Assembly (NCBI GenBank): GCA_018651345.1
Contig: JABIEF010000074.1
Coordinates: 19,934 to 83,933, forward strand
Source: Rhodobiaceae bacterium
GTDB lineage: Bacteria > Pseudomonadota > Alphaproteobacteria > Rhizobiales > TMED25
Reading direction: 5' to 3'
DNA length: 64,000 bases
Each line of letters starts with the position of its first letter. Position 1 is the first letter of the stretch. This document shows positions 39,060-51,599 of this stretch, piece by piece. The notes beneath the pieces were generated by a model. It had not been told where the DNA came from and did no database searches. It worked only from the letters and a program-made list of their open reading frames with translations. A program made the translations under genes and the position numbers.

Positions 39060-41063
39060 TTAATCTATCTTTATATTAGGAATTAGCAAAGCAGAATTAT
39101 TAATGTTTTTTATTTTATCCCTAATTTGCGCTGCTTTTTCAAATTCAAGATTTGACGCAGCTTTATACATTTCTTCTTCTAAAAGCTTAATATCATAAGT
39201 AGTAGCTTTTTCATCATATAGATTATCATTTAAGTCCAATTGGTCAGGGTCTTTTTTGTTAATACTGTCTGATGCATCGCTTATATTTTTTTTAATTCCT
39301 AGAGGGGTTATATTATTCTCTTTATTATAGTCTTCTTGTCTTTTTCTCCTTCTGTCAGTCTCTTCAATAGATCGCTCAATAGACCCTGTAATTTTATCAG
39401 CATATAATATTACTCTGCCGTCTATGTTTCTAGCAGCTCTACCAATTGTTTGTGTTATAGAGGTCTCTGACCTTAAGAATCCCTCCTTATCAGCATCTAA
39501 TATTGCAACCAATGAGCATTCAGGAATGTCCAAGCCTTCTCGCAGTAGATTTATTCCAATCAAGACATCAAATGTACCTAACCTAAGATCTCTAATTATT
39601 TCTATTCTCTCTAATGTATCAATATCAGAATGAAGATATCTAACTTTTATATCTTGTTCATGCATATATTCCGTTAAATCCTCTGCCATTCTTTTTGTTA
39701 GAACCGTGACAAGAACTCTTTGGTTTTTCTTAACAATTAATCTGCATTCGCCTATTAGATCTTCTACTTGGTTTTTAACTGGGCGTATTTCTGTCATGGG
39801 GTCTACAAGGCCGGTAGGTCTAATTATCTGTTCGCTAAATACTCCTAGTGTTTTATTTAATTCCCATTTCCCTGGAGTTGCAGATACAAATACAGTTGAC
39901 GATCTCATTGAATCCCATTCTTCAAACTTAAGCGGTCTATTATCCAAGCAGGAAGGTAACCTAAATCCATATTCCGATAGATTAGTTTTTCTACTAAAGT
40001 CTCCTTTGTACATACCACCTAACTGAGGAATGGTCACATGACTTTCATCAACAAAAATTATTGCATTTGTTGAGATATATTCAAATAATGTTGGAGGAGG
40101 AGCCCCTATTTTTCTTCCATTTAAATATCTTGAATAATTTTCTATTCCAGGACAGGTACCTGTAGCTTCTATCATTTCAATATCAAATAAAGTTCTTTGC
40201 TCAAGTCGTTGAGCTTCTAATAATTTACTTTGTTTGTTAAATTGTTTTAATCTTTCAATTAAATCAACCTTAATATTTTTTATTGCTTTTTGAAGAGTTG
40301 GTCTAGGTGTAACATAATGTGAGTTTGCGAATATTTTAATCTTATCTAATTCCGCATAAAATTCTCCAGTCAGAGGGTCAAATTCTGTCAGGCCGTCAAC
40401 AGTATCTCCAAAGAACGATATTCTCCAGGCTCTATCTTCTGAGTGCGAAGGAAATAGTTCAACACTATCACCTCTGACTCTGAAAGTTCCTCTTGTAAAA
40501 CTTATATCATTTCGAGAATATTGAAGGTTAACTAATTCAGTAAGAAGGTCTCTTTGATTTTTTTTTACGTTTTTTTCAACTATTTGTGTCATTTCTGAGT
40601 AAGTGTCTAAAGAACCTATGCCATAAATACAAGAAACAGAAGCTACAATTATCACATCATTCCTCTCAATGAGAGATCTAGTTGCGGAATGTCTCATTCT
40701 ATCTATTTGTTCATTAATGGATGCATCTTTTTCAATATAAGTATCTGATTTCGCTACATATGCTTCTGGCTGATAATAGTCATAATATGAAACGAAGTAT
40801 TCTACTGCATTATCTGGAAAGAATTGTTTAAATTCACTGTAAAGTTGTGCTGCTAATGTTTTATTTGGAGCGAGTATAAGAGCGGATCTCTGCGTCTCTT
40901 CGATTACCTTTGCCATTGTGTAGGTCTTGCCAGACCCAGTTACACCCAAGAGGACCTGATCTCTTTCCATAGAATTTATTCCAGCTGAAAGATTTGCAAT
41001 AGCGGTTGGCTGATCTCCTGCTGGTGAAAAATTAGAAATTAATTTAAATTTTCTTTTAATCAT
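39060..41063 (-). CDS. uvrB: excinuclease ABC subunit B
   Basis: 667 aa. Walker [13 protein letters not shown] box (FVDESHVT), helicase C motifs and a C-terminal UVR domain ([10 protein letters not shown]). Confidence 0.95.
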   Translation of the reverse strand: MIKRKFKLISNFSPAGDQPTAIANLSAGINSMERDQVLLGVTGSGKTYTMAKVIEETQRSALILAPNKTLAAQLYSEFKQFFPDNAVEYFVSYYDYYQPEAYVAKSDTYIEKDASINEQIDRMRHSATRSLIERNDVIIVASVSCIYGIGSLDTYSEMTQIVEKNVKKNQRDLLTELVNLQYSRNDISFTRGTFRVRGDSVELFPSHSEDRAWRISFFGDTVDGLTEFDPLTGEFYAELDKIKIFANSHYVTPRPTLQKAIKNIKVDLIERLKQFNKQSKLLEAQRLEQRTLFDIEMIEATGTCPGIENYSRYLNGRKIGAPPPTLFEYISTNAIIFVDESHVTIPQLGGMYKGDFSRKTNLSEYGFRLPSCLDNRPLKFEEWDSMRSSTVFVSATPGKWELNKTLGVFSEQIIRPTGLVDPMTEIRPVKNQVEDLIGECRLIVKKNQRVLVTVLTKRMAEDLTEYMHEQDIKVRYLHSDIDTLERIEIIRDLRLGTFDVLIGINLLREGLDIPECSLVAILDADKEGFLRSETSITQTIGRAARNIDGRVILYADKITGSIERSIEETDRRRKRQEDYNKENNITPLGIKKNISDASDSINKKDPDQLDLNDNLYDEKATTYDIKLLEEEMYKAASNLEFEKAAQIRDKIKNINNSALLIPNIKID

Positions 41064-41226
41064 TATTTTTTAGTCTTATTTTTTTTATATTTATTCTTTA
41101 AAAATAATTTATTTATTCTGTTTAAAATTGTATTATTTGTTTTATTTACTATATAAGTATGTTTATTGTTTTTTCATATTTAAAGAGCTGATTATAAGAT
41201 ATTAATTACTAATATAGAGGAAAAAA

Positions 41227-41529
41227 ATGATTATTGTAATTGGAGAGTTTAGATTTAAAGCAGATAAAATGGATGAGATTAGACCACATATGATTAAAGT
41301 CATTGAGGCTAGCAATAATGAAGACGGATGTATTTCTTATGCATTTTCAGAATCAATTCAATCTCCTGGCCTAATAAGAGTAGCTGAAAAATGGAAATCC
41401 TTTGAAGATCTTGAACAACATTTTAAAACCGAACATATGAATAATTGGCGAGAAGCAGCAACTCTTGTTGGTGGTAGTACTGACAGAAATGTTGCAGCTT
41501 ATGAAGTCAAATCAATAAAAGAACTTTAG
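41227..41529 (+). CDS. antibiotic-biosynthesis-monooxygenase (ABM/Dabb) domain protein
   Basis: 100-aa ferredoxin-like ORF. The pattern of alternating beta-strand and helix segments and the W..fedleqHf...H segment is typical of ABM domains. The family call comes from recall. Confidence 0.6.
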   Translation: MIIVIGEFRFKADKMDEIRPHMIKVIEASNNEDGCISYAFSESIQSPGLIRVAEKWKSFEDLEQHFKTEHMNNWREAATLVGGSTDRNVAAYEVKSIKEL

Positions 41530-42750
<1,221 letters not shown>

Positions 42751-42754
42751 AGAA

Positions 42755-42779
42755 AAAGCCAGATTAATAATCTGGCTTT
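42755..42779 (+). terminator. candidate intrinsic terminator downstream of the aminotransferase gene
   Basis: AAAGCCAGA(TT-AAT-AA)TCTGGCTTT forms a 9-bp perfect stem, or 11 bp counting the AT pairs, starting 5 nt after the stop. It is followed by AACTTTTAT, a short and imperfect T run. Confidence 0.5.
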
Positions 42780-42946
42780 AACTTTTATGTCTATGGGAAG
42801 ACATTTTTGGGTATCTATTCACATATCTATTAGGGAGATATACATATGCAAATTCATGAAAATTTATTTCATAAAAATATAATATCTATTTTTTATTTAA
42901 AAATATATACATACTAATGCATAATAGGTATGCAATAAAAGCATGC

Positions 42947-43828
42947 CTAAAAAGACCATTTTCTACCCTCTTCTACTAAGAATTCTCTTAAAACAGATAC
43001 TCTCTTTGATTTCTTTCTTTCTTCAGCATAAGTCATATAAGTATCCATTTCTGGAAGCTTTGCATTAAAGGGTATTCTAACCACGGTATTTGAGTTATTT
43101 ACAAGATAGTCTGGTAATAAAGCAATTCCAATATCACTCATTGCTGCTAACAAAAGACCATTTATATTATCTACTTTTAATATAGGTGTGATTTTATATT
43201 CTTTAGTAATATTCTCTAGCCAATTTATTTCTCTTAAATAATCTGGGGCGTCACCATAAGTTATGATTTTATGCCCAGGTAAATCCTCTATCCTATTTGG
43301 CGTACCATTCTCCTTTAAATATTTTGCGGATGCGTATAAATGAAAATGAACAGTAAATAGCTTTCTTTGTATAAGGTCCGCCTGTGAAGGTTTATGAAAT
43401 CTTACGGCTATATCAGCTTCTCTCATCCCAATATCTAATAAAGCATCAGTTAAAATTAGTTCAAGATTTATTTCATTAAATTCTTCAGTGAATTTTTTTA
43501 ATCTCGGTGTTAACCAATTGACTCCAAGTCCTACAGTTGTTGTTAGCGTTAAATTACCCGAAGGTTTTTCTTTGCTATCGTTAATAATGTTTTCTGTAGA
43601 TTTTATAATATTAAGTATTTGTCGTGTGTTTTTATAGACTAGCTCACCTTGTTCTGTAAGTAATAGTCCTCTTGCATGGCGATGGAATAATTCTATACCT
43701 ACTTCATTTTCAAGTGAGCTAATTTGTCTACTAACTGCTGATTGGCTTAAATGCATTTCTTCGCTTGCGTGGGTAAAGCTACCAGCATCTGCTACTATAT
43801 GAAAAATCTTTAATCGCTCCCAATCCAT
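42947..43828 (-). CDS. LysR-family transcriptional regulator
   Basis: MDWERLKIFHIVADAGSFTHASEEMHLSQSAVSRQISSLE (LysR wHTH). I prefer the ATG at 43828, which avoids the 35-nt overlap with trxB implied by the track start at 43876. Confidence 0.85.
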   Translation of the reverse strand: MDWERLKIFHIVADAGSFTHASEEMHLSQSAVSRQISSLENEVGIELFHRHARGLLLTEQGELVYKNTRQILNIIKSTENIINDSKEKPSGNLTLTTTVGLGVNWLTPRLKKFTEEFNEINLELILTDALLDIGMREADIAVRFHKPSQADLIQRKLFTVHFHLYASAKYLKENGTPNRIEDLPGHKIITYGDAPDYLREINWLENITKEYKITPILKVDNINGLLLAAMSDIGIALLPDYLVNNSNTVVRIPFNAKLPEMDTYMTYAEERKKSKRVSVLREFLVEEGRKWSF

Positions 43829-43841
43829 TTTATAATGCTCT

Positions 43842-44777
43842 CTATTTTTTATTTGACAAATAATGCTCAGCTTCAAGTGCAGCCATACAACCCATTCCAG
43901 CTGCCGTTACTGCTTGTCTATAAATATCATCAGTAACATCTCCAGCTGCATAGACCCCAGGTATATTAGTAGCAGTTGAATCCGGTTTGGTAATTATATA
44001 ACCACTATCCTTCATATCAATTTGGTTAACGAATAATTCTGTAGACGGCTTATGGCCAATTGCAATAAATATTCCATCTATTTTTACCTCTTTTGTATCT
44101 TTTGTCTTTATATTTCTAATTTTTGCGCTAGTAACATTATAAGGATTTGATGTTCCTATTACTTCTTCTAAGATTGAATCCCAAATGATATTAATTTTCT
44201 TATTAGACATTAGACGATTTTCAAGTATTTTTTCGCATTTCAGAGTATCTCTCCTATGAATAAGTGTGACAGAACTTGCAAAATTTGTTAAATACAAAGC
44301 TTCTTCAACCGCAGTATTGCCACCTCCTACTACAATGACATCTTTTTCTTTATAGAAGAAAGCATCACAAGTTGCACAGGCAGAGACCCCGTAACCTTTA
44401 AATTTATTTTCTGATTCTATACCTAGCCAATTTGCTTGAGCTCCAGTAGAGATAATTAGACTTTCTGCTAGATATATTTCTTTAGAATCACCGATTAATT
44501 TAAAGGGATACTCATTTAAATTTACTATATTGATATGATCTTGGATTATATTTGTTCCAACGCTTTTTGCCTGTAAGCGCATCTGTTCCATTAGCCATGG
44601 ACCCTGTATCACATCAGAGAAACCTGGATAATTTTCTACATCAGTTGTTATAGTTAATTGTCCACCAGGTTGGATTCCTTCAATTAGAATGGGTTCTAAA
44701 AGCGCTCTTGCTGCATATATTGCGGCTGTGTATCCGGCTGGACCAGAACCAATTATTATTACTTTAGATTTTTTCAT
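43842..44777 (-). CDS. trxB: thioredoxin-disulfide reductase
   Basis: 311 aa. IIGSGPAGYTAA, redox centre CATCDAFF, GGGNTAVEEA and GDV.D. Confidence 0.93.
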   Translation of the reverse strand: MKKSKVIIIGSGPAGYTAAIYAARALLEPILIEGIQPGGQLTITTDVENYPGFSDVIQGPWLMEQMRLQAKSVGTNIIQDHINIVNLNEYPFKLIGDSKEIYLAESLIISTGAQANWLGIESENKFKGYGVSACATCDAFFYKEKDVIVVGGGNTAVEEALYLTNFASSVTLIHRRDTLKCEKILENRLMSNKKINIIWDSILEEVIGTSNPYNVTSAKIRNIKTKDTKEVKIDGIFIAIGHKPSTELFVNQIDMKDSGYIITKPDSTATNIPGVYAAGDVTDDIYRQAVTAAGMGCMAALEAEHYLSNKK

Positions 44778-45756
44778 AATTATTTACGCTTTCTTTTAAT
44801 TTTTTTATATGATTATTATAGCTAACAATTATCTTATTTGCTATTTCTTGCGTAGGATTAATTGCTTTATATTCCCATTCTTCTAGGTTGCCATCAAACC
44901 ATCTAATAATATTTTTATTTTCAAGCTCTTTAAAAAAAATAACTAATTTTTTTGGTATACTTTTGATCCTAATATTTTTTTTAGGTAATTTATAAACATA
45001 TATCGGTTTTCCTGTGCTGGAAGCTTCGCTAATCATATTTACGCTATCTGATGTTACTATAAAAAAATTTGAATTATTTAATATATCTTCATATGGATTA
45101 TCGTTTTGACCATTCCAAACCCAATTATCTTCACCATTAAAATAATTTGCTATAAAATTTTTAGTTTTATTATCCGTTCTTCTTGAACAGGTAATAATTA
45201 AACTTGCTGAATATTTTTCCTTAATTTTCTTTAAAGAAATACATAATTTATTTACTTCTTTTTTTCCAAAATTAAAGTGTTTGCTTGTACCTCCAATTAG
45301 AACTCCAATTATTGGTTTTTTATAGTTATTTATAAAATTTGAATGATTATCACTAATTAGATATTTTTTAAGTTTATTTGGGGATGTTAGAGTCGAAAAA
45401 ATATTATTTCCATTTAAGTTATCATGCAACGGAGCCCAAACAAAATTAAAAATATCAATATATTTTCCAGGATTTTTTAGGTATATAGAATATATATTAT
45501 TATTAATATTAAGGATATTTTTTACAGTTTTAATGCTTTTATGGCCAGAAGCAATTATAATTTCTGGGAATACTTCTTTTTCTATGATTTTTTTAGGCTT
45601 AAAGAAAGAAATAAATTTTTTAATAATTGTATCATTAGTAACTGTGATTGTTTCGTAGTCTAAACCAAGTTTTTCTGCTATTCCTTCGCACTGAACCGCG
45701 TCACCCGCATTCCCAGAATGGACCAACCAGCACTTTAATCCTTTTAAATTTGACAT
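44764..45756 (-). CDS. ELM1/DUF1022-family protein (putative glycosyltransferase-fold, function unknown in bacteria)
   Basis: 330 aa. The N-terminus KCWLVHSGNAGDAVQCEGIAEKLGL resembles the W.l.DGk.G...Q..GvAeaLG start of the alphaproteobacterial 'mitochondrial fission ELM1 family' proteins as I recall them. It overlaps the trxB start by 14 nt. Confidence 0.65.
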   Translation of the reverse strand: MSNLKGLKCWLVHSGNAGDAVQCEGIAEKLGLDYETITVTNDTIIKKFISFFKPKKIIEKEVFPEIIIASGHKSIKTVKNILNINNNIYSIYLKNPGKYIDIFNFVWAPLHDNLNGNNIFSTLTSPNKLKKYLISDNHSNFINNYKKPIIGVLIGGTSKHFNFGKKEVNKLCISLKKIKEKYSASLIITCSRRTDNKTKNFIANYFNGEDNWVWNGQNDNPYEDILNNSNFFIVTSDSVNMISEASSTGKPIYVYKLPKKNIRIKSIPKKLVIFFKELENKNIIRWFDGNLEEWEYKAINPTQEIANKIIVSYNNHIKKLKESVNNYEKI

Positions 45757-45804
45757 ATATTCATAATAATTTTTTTATAAAAGTAAGAGGCTTTAAATTT
45801 ATAA

Positions 45805-46275
45805 TTAATAATCAACCGCAAGGACTTCATAACTCTTTCCACCACCCGGTGTCGCAACTTCCACACTGTCGCCGGCAGTTTTTCCCATTAACGCCCTAGC
45901 TATAGGAGAGGCTATAGATAGCATACCTTTTGATACATCGGATTCGAATTCTCCAACTATTTGATAGATTGATTCCTCTTCTGTGTCTTCATCTATTAAT
46001 CTAATTTTTGCGCCAAATTTAATTGTATCACCAGAAAGCTTTGAAATATCAATTACAGCTGCTCTAGATAATTTATCTTCTAGGTCACTAATTCGTCCTT
46101 CATTCAGTGATTGCTGTTCCTTTGCAGCATGATACTCTGCATTTTCTGATAAATCTCCATGTTTTCTTGCTTCGGCAATTGCTTCTATAATCAAAGGCCT
46201 TTCAATTGTTTTTAATTTTTTTATTTCTTGCTGCAGGTCTTCATAACCTACTATAGTCATTGGTACTTTTTCCAT
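45805..46275 (-). CDS. greA: transcription elongation factor GreA
   Basis: 156 aa. [15 protein letters not shown] in the coiled coil, plus the C-terminal FKBP-like domain. Confidence 0.92.
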   Translation of the reverse strand: MEKVPMTIVGYEDLQQEIKKLKTIERPLIIEAIAEARKHGDLSENAEYHAAKEQQSLNEGRISDLEDKLSRAAVIDISKLSGDTIKFGAKIRLIDEDTEEESIYQIVGEFESDVSKGMLSIASPIARALMGKTAGDSVEVATPGGGKSYEVLAVDY

Positions 46276-46346
46276 TGATATCTTCCGATAAATTTAAAAT
46301 ATGCAATACAGTTTATGTTGATATAAAGTTTAAGTCCATACATAAA

Positions 46347-49300
46347 TTATTTAAAATAATCCTGTAAAGATTTTACTTCGTTTATTCCATTACTTGCTTT
46401 CCTGATGCCTCTTACTGCAGCTATGGCACCTGAGATTGTCGTATAATATGGAACACTGTTCATTAAGGCAGCTTGTCTCAGAGATTTTGAATCTGATAAA
46501 GCTTTTGATCCTTCGGTAGTATTAAATACTAACTGAATCTCTCCATTAGTCATTGCATCTACTATATGAGGCCTTCCTTCAAGAACTTTGTTAATTCTAC
46601 TTGTTTTGATTTTATTTTGCTCTAAGTAAGTTTGTGTTCCACCGGTAGCAACTATATCAAATCCAATTTTTCTGAGCTCTTTGATTGAATCTAGAATTAA
46701 AGGCTTGTCTGAATCTTTTACTGAAATAAATACAGTACCTTTGTTAGGTACTTTTGTCCCGCTAGCTAATTGACTTTTTGCAAATGCGGTTCCAAAATCG
46801 GATGCTATACCCAATACTTCACCGGTAGAACGCATTTCTGGTCCTAATAGAACGTCTACACCGTCAAATTTTGCAAATGGAAAAACTGCTTCTTTTATGG
46901 CGATATGAGTATATTTTGATTTTTCTAAGTTAAACTTTGATAGTTCTGCTCCTAATATTACTTTCGCTGCTATTTTTGCAATTGGTATCCCTATAACTTT
47001 TGCTACAAATGGTATTGTTCTACTGGCTCTTGGATTTACCTCTATCACAAATATTTCATTATTTTTTATTGCGAATTGTATATTAATACAGCCTATAATA
47101 TTAAGCTCAAGTGCCATTGCTTTAGTTTGTATCTCTAATTCTTTAATTATATCATTACTTAACGAATAGGGAGGTAACGTGCAGGCACTGTCTCCTGAAT
47201 GAACTCCAGCTTCCTCAATATGCTCCATGACACCACAAATAAAAACCTCTTTTCCATCTGATATAGCATCAACGTCAACTTCGATAGCTTCAGATAAATA
47301 GCTATCAAATAGCAAGGGGTTTTTTAATAATAATTCATCGATTTGTAATTTTACATTATTAGGATATTTTATTTTTATATGCCCCGGAATTAATTCGGGT
47401 AATGTATTCTGAATATATTCATGATAATCATTTTTGTTTCTTAAAATAGCCATTGCACGGCCGCCTAATACATAAGAAGGGCGGACTATAATCGGGAAAC
47501 CTAGTTCTATAATAATATTTTCTGAGTCTGCGATTGCATTCGCTATATTATTCTCTGGTTGTTTTAATTTAAGATCATGTATTAATTTTTGAAAACGTTC
47601 TCTGTCCTCAGCAAGATCAATTGCATCTGGGGAAGTACCTAAAATTGTAATTCCTAAATTAGACAATGAATTAGATAACCCAAGAGGCGTTTGTCCTCCA
47701 AATTGAACAATAACACCAAGAAGATTTCCTTTATCTTTTTCGATACGAATGACTTCATAAACGTCTTCAGTAGTTAGGGGCTCGAAGTATAATCTATCTG
47801 AAGTATCATAATCAGTAGATACTGTTTCTGGATTACAATTTATCATGATTGTTTCGATATTGATTTCTCGTAAGGCGAATGACGCGTGGCAACAGCAGTA
47901 ATCAAATTCAATACCTTGGCCAATTCTATTTGGACCACCTCCTAAGATAATAACCTTATTTTTATTAGTTGGCTTCGATTCGCAATCCACTTCATTCAGG
48001 AGACTGGCACCGTATGTAGAATACATGTAAGGAGTTGGTGATATAAATTCTGCGGCACAAGTATCAACCCTTTTATAAACAGGAAAAACTGAAAGAGTGT
48101 GCCTGTGATTTCGTACGTAGTCCTCAGTTTTGCCAATTATTGAGGCAAGCCTAGAGTCAGAAAATCCCATAGCTTTTATTGACTGCATATTATACTTATC
48201 GTCAGGTAATCCAAATTTTTTAATTCTATCTTCAGCGTCAATAATTTCCTGTAACCTATCAATAAACCACGGGTCCATTTTACAAGATTCATATATTTGT
48301 TGATGAGTAACACCTAGTCTTAGAGCTTGCGCTACCTTTAATATTCTATCAGGCGTCGGTTCGCCAAGAGCTGCTCTGACGATATTTTTATCCTGATCGT
48401 TACCCATATCATCAAATTCTATTGGATCCAGACCGCTTAGTCCTGTTTCAAGTGACCTTAAGGCTTTTTGAAAACTTTCATTGAAGGTTCTTCCAATTGC
48501 CATTGTTTCGCCAACAGATTTCATTGAGGTTGTAAGTATTGGTTCGGCACCCGGAAACTTTTCAAATGCAAATCTAGGTATTTTTGTTACTACGTAATCT
48601 ATTGTTGGCTCAAAAGACGCCGGTGTTTGGCCGCCTGTAATGTCATTGGCAAGTTCATCCAGAGTATAGCCAATTGCTAGTTTGGTGGCTATTTTAGCAA
48701 TTGGGAATCCGGTTGCTTTTGATGCCAAAGCAGAAGATCTTGATACTCTAGGATTCATTTCAATTACAACCAATTCACCATTTTCTGGATTTACTGCGAA
48801 TTGCACATTTGATCCACCTGTTTCGACTCCAATTTTTCTTAATACCGCTATGGATGCATTTCTCATAATTTGATATTCTTTGTCTGTTAGAGTTAATGCA
48901 GGGGCTACAGTCATTGAATCACCTGTATGAATTCCCATGGCATCTATATTCTCTATCGAACAAATAATAATACAATTGTCATTTTTATCTCTAACAACCT
49001 CCATTTCATATTCTTTCCACCCGAGTACAGATTCTTCAATAAGAACTTGGCTTGTTGGAGATGCGTCTAGGCCTCTTACTATTATTTTTATAAACTCTTC
49101 TCTGTTATAAGCTATTCCTCCACCTGTACCACCTAGTGTAAAAGAAGGTCTAATGATGACAGGCAGACCAAGCTCTTTTTGGGCATCTAATGCTTCGGAT
49201 AAGTTATGAGCTAGAATAGATTTTGGAGTTTTAAGACCTATTTCCGTCATAGCTTCTCTAAATAATTCTCTATCTTCAGCCATATTAATTGCTTCTGCAG

Positions 49301-49655
49301 ACGCGCCGATCATTTCAACGTCATATTTATCTAACACACCGCTTTCTTTTAAGGATAGTGTTGTATTTAGAGCAGTTTGCCCCCCCATAGTTGGCAGAAT
49401 AGCATTTGGTTTCTCTTTTTTAATAATTTCTGTAACCATTTCTGGTGTAATTGGCTCTATATAAGTTGCATCAGCTAAGTCAGGATCAGTCATAATAGTG
49501 GCTGGATTAGAATTTATCAAAATTACTCTGTAACCCTCTTCTTTCAGAGCTTTTATTGACTGGGTTCCTGAATAGTCAAATTCACAAGCTTGACCTATTA
49601 CGATTGGCCCAGCACCAATAATTAATATAGATTTTATATCAGTTCTTTTTGGCAT
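46347..49655 (-). CDS. carB: carbamoyl-phosphate synthase large subunit
   Basis: 1102 aa. Duplicated ATP-grasp halves ([11 protein letters not shown] / [11 protein letters not shown]; [17 protein letters not shown] / [17 protein letters not shown]) and a C-terminal MGS-like domain. Confidence 0.95.
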   Translation of the reverse strand: MPKRTDIKSILIIGAGPIVIGQACEFDYSGTQSIKALKEEGYRVILINSNPATIMTDPDLADATYIEPITPEMVTEIIKKEKPNAILPTMGGQTALNTTLSLKESGVLDKYDVEMIGASAEAINMAEDRELFREAMTEIGLKTPKSILAHNLSEALDAQKELGLPVIIRPSFTLGGTGGGIAYNREEFIKIIVRGLDASPTSQVLIEESVLGWKEYEMEVVRDKNDNCIIICSIENIDAMGIHTGDSMTVAPALTLTDKEYQIMRNASIAVLRKIGVETGGSNVQFAVNPENGELVVIEMNPRVSRSSALASKATGFPIAKIATKLAIGYTLDELANDITGGQTPASFEPTIDYVVTKIPRFAFEKFPGAEPILTTSMKSVGETMAIGRTFNESFQKALRSLETGLSGLDPIEFDDMGNDQDKNIVRAALGEPTPDRILKVAQALRLGVTHQQIYESCKMDPWFIDRLQEIIDAEDRIKKFGLPDDKYNMQSIKAMGFSDSRLASIIGKTEDYVRNHRHTLSVFPVYKRVDTCAAEFISPTPYMYSTYGASLLNEVDCESKPTNKNKVIILGGGPNRIGQGIEFDYCCCHASFALREINIETIMINCNPETVSTDYDTSDRLYFEPLTTEDVYEVIRIEKDKGNLLGVIVQFGGQTPLGLSNSLSNLGITILGTSPDAIDLAEDRERFQKLIHDLKLKQPENNIANAIADSENIIIELGFPIIVRPSYVLGGRAMAILRNKNDYHEYIQNTLPELIPGHIKIKYPNNVKLQIDELLLKNPLLFDSYLSEAIEVDVDAISDGKEVFICGVMEHIEEAGVHSGDSACTLPPYSLSNDIIKELEIQTKAMALELNIIGCINIQFAIKNNEIFVIEVNPRASRTIPFVAKVIGIPIAKIAAKVILGAELSKFNLEKSKYTHIAIKEAVFPFAKFDGVDVLLGPEMRSTGEVLGIASDFGTAFAKSQLASGTKVPNKGTVFISVKDSDKPLILDSIKELRKIGFDIVATGGTQTYLEQNKIKTSRINKVLEGRPHIVDAMTNGEIQLVFNTTEGSKALSDSKSLRQAALMNSVPYYTTISGAIAAVRGIRKASNGINEVKSLQDYFK

Positions 49656-49710
49656 TTTTTACTGTCCGGCAAAAAAAATAGTATTTATCTTTTTATAATA
49701 TAAGTTAAGT

Positions 49711-50928
49711 TTATTTTTTTTGTTTCTTTTTTATGATATTGTTAATAAATTTCTCAAATAAATAATGGCTATCTTGGGGTCCAGGTGATGCTTCAGGATG
49801 AAATTGGACAGAAAAAATAGGTTTATTTTTAATAGCAATTCCACAATTAGTATCATCAAATAATGATTTATGTGTTTCTATAACATTATTAGGTAACGAA
49901 TTATTATCTACAGTAAACCCATGATTCATTGATGTAATTTCTACTTTTCCAGTTGTGCAATCTATTACAGGATGATTTGCTCCATGGTGCCCGTAGGCCA
50001 TTTTTTTTGTTCTAGCGCCCAGTGCTAATGCTAATAATTGATGCCCTAGGCAGATTCCTAATAAAGGTATATCTTTTTCAATAATATTTTTTATTAGATT
50101 TATGCTATATTTGCTTGTTTCAGATGGATCTCCAGGACCGTTAGATAAAATTATTCCATCTGGATTGTAATTAACAATATTGTCAATATTCGAGTTTGCG
50201 GGGAAGGTAACAACTTCACAGTTAAGGTTAGATAATTCTCTTAAAATATTTGATTTTACACCGTAATCAATTACAGCAATCTTATGGACTATTTGTTTAT
50301 TAGAATTATATCCAGTCCTCCATTTCCACAATTTTTCATTCCAAGTGTAGGAAACATTACTAGTGGCGTCGATTGCCAAATCCTTCCCTTCTATACCACC
50401 CCAATCTTTTGCTATTTTCTTTAATTTTTCAAAATCAAATAAACAGTCCTGATTATGTGAAATTACACCATTAAGCATACCTTCTTCTCTTATTTTTTTT
50501 GTAATAGCTCTAGTATCGATTCCGCTAATTCCTATTATTCCAGCTGATTTCAGCCACTCATCGAGATTCTTTTCAGATCTATAATTAGATGGCGTGGTGA
50601 TTGCTGCATGTAATATGGCTCCAGATGCTTTGAATTTTTTATCAGGATTAGCTGTTTCTATATCTTCTATATTTATTCCAACGTTACCGATATGTGGAAA
50701 TGTAAATGTTATGATTTGATTTGAGTAAGACGGATCAGTAAGGATTTCTTGATAACCAGTAATTGATGTATTGAAACAGATTTCTCCGGCACTAGTTCCG
50801 TAGGCTCCACAGCCTATACCTTTGTATATTGTTCCATCGGATAAAACTATAACAGCATTAGAATTTGGTAAAGACCAATTTTTTGCCTTATCAATTTTTT
50901 TTAAATGAATTACTCGTGTATTTTTCAT
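49711..50928 (-). CDS. carA: carbamoyl-phosphate synthase small (glutaminase) subunit
   Basis: 405 aa. TGYQEILTDPSY, SNGPGDP, catalytic GICLGHQLL and FSVQFHPEA. Confidence 0.93.
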   Translation of the reverse strand: MKNTRVIHLKKIDKAKNWSLPNSNAVIVLSDGTIYKGIGCGAYGTSAGEICFNTSITGYQEILTDPSYSNQIITFTFPHIGNVGINIEDIETANPDKKFKASGAILHAAITTPSNYRSEKNLDEWLKSAGIIGISGIDTRAITKKIREEGMLNGVISHNQDCLFDFEKLKKIAKDWGGIEGKDLAIDATSNVSYTWNEKLWKWRTGYNSNKQIVHKIAVIDYGVKSNILRELSNLNCEVVTFPANSNIDNIVNYNPDGIILSNGPGDPSETSKYSINLIKNIIEKDIPLLGICLGHQLLALALGARTKKMAYGHHGANHPVIDCTTGKVEITSMNHGFTVDNNSLPNNVIETHKSLFDDTNCGIAIKNKPIFSVQFHPEASPGPQDSHYLFEKFINNIIKKKQKK

Positions 50929-51101
50929 ATTTTAGAATTTTGTTTCATATTTAATTTATTATTGTATATATCATTTATTTGATAGAGTATTTAAATTCAT
51001 CACTTGAATTATACTTTTCCAAAATAAATTTTATCAAAATGATAAAAAATTGCTATAATAGAAGAAAATATATCTATTTCAGAAAAAGTAAAGGTATCTA
51101 A

Positions 51102-51560
51102 ATGTCGTTAAGAGAAATAATTAATAATGAATTAAAAGTTGCAATGCTTTCAAAGCAGAAAAGAGATATATCAACCTTAAGATTGGTTAACGCTGCTATT
51201 AAGGATAGAGATATTGAAGCAAGAACTAGTGGAGAAGATGGTGGTGTTGATGACGATACAATACTTAGCATTTTATCAAAAATGATTAAACAAAGAAAAG
51301 AATCGGCTGAGATTTACAAAGCAAGCGATAGATTAGATCTTTCTCAACAGGAAAACGAAGAGATAGTGATTATTTCAAAATTTCTTCCACAACAGCTGTC
51401 AAAAGAAGAAATAAGTAAAATTTGCCAAGAAATAGTTAAAAATACAAATTCATCTAGTATCAAGGATATGGGTATGTGCATGGGTAAAATTAAAGATAAT
51501 TATTCATCACAGATGGACTTTTCTATAGCAGGTAAGATATTTAAAGAAATTTTAACATAG
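51102..51560 (+). CDS. GatB/YqeY-domain protein
   Basis: 152 aa. LR...AAIKDRDIEAR and MIKQRKESAEIY match the YqeY pattern. It sits upstream of dnaG-rpoD. Confidence 0.78.
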   Translation: MSLREIINNELKVAMLSKQKRDISTLRLVNAAIKDRDIEARTSGEDGGVDDDTILSILSKMIKQRKESAEIYKASDRLDLSQQENEEIVIISKFLPQQLSKEEISKICQEIVKNTNSSSIKDMGMCMGKIKDNYSSQMDFSIAGKIFKEILT

Positions 51561-51599
51561 AATAATCTTTTAAATGTAAGATTTAGGGGTTGGGATTAA

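Noticed and set aside
42918-42934. A weak hairpin (TGCATA-loop-TATGCA) downstream of the LysR gene, considered as a possible second terminator in the convergent gap.
   Set aside because: The stem is only 6 bp and AT-rich with no clear U tract. It is much weaker than the 42755-42779 hairpin.
51051-51059. TGCTATAAT, an extended -10-like hexamer, lies about 43 nt upstream of the yqeY-dnaG-rpoD genes.
   Set aside because: It is plausible as a promoter, but TATAAT-like strings are frequent in this AT-rich DNA and no good -35 element is visible. I did not list it as a feature.
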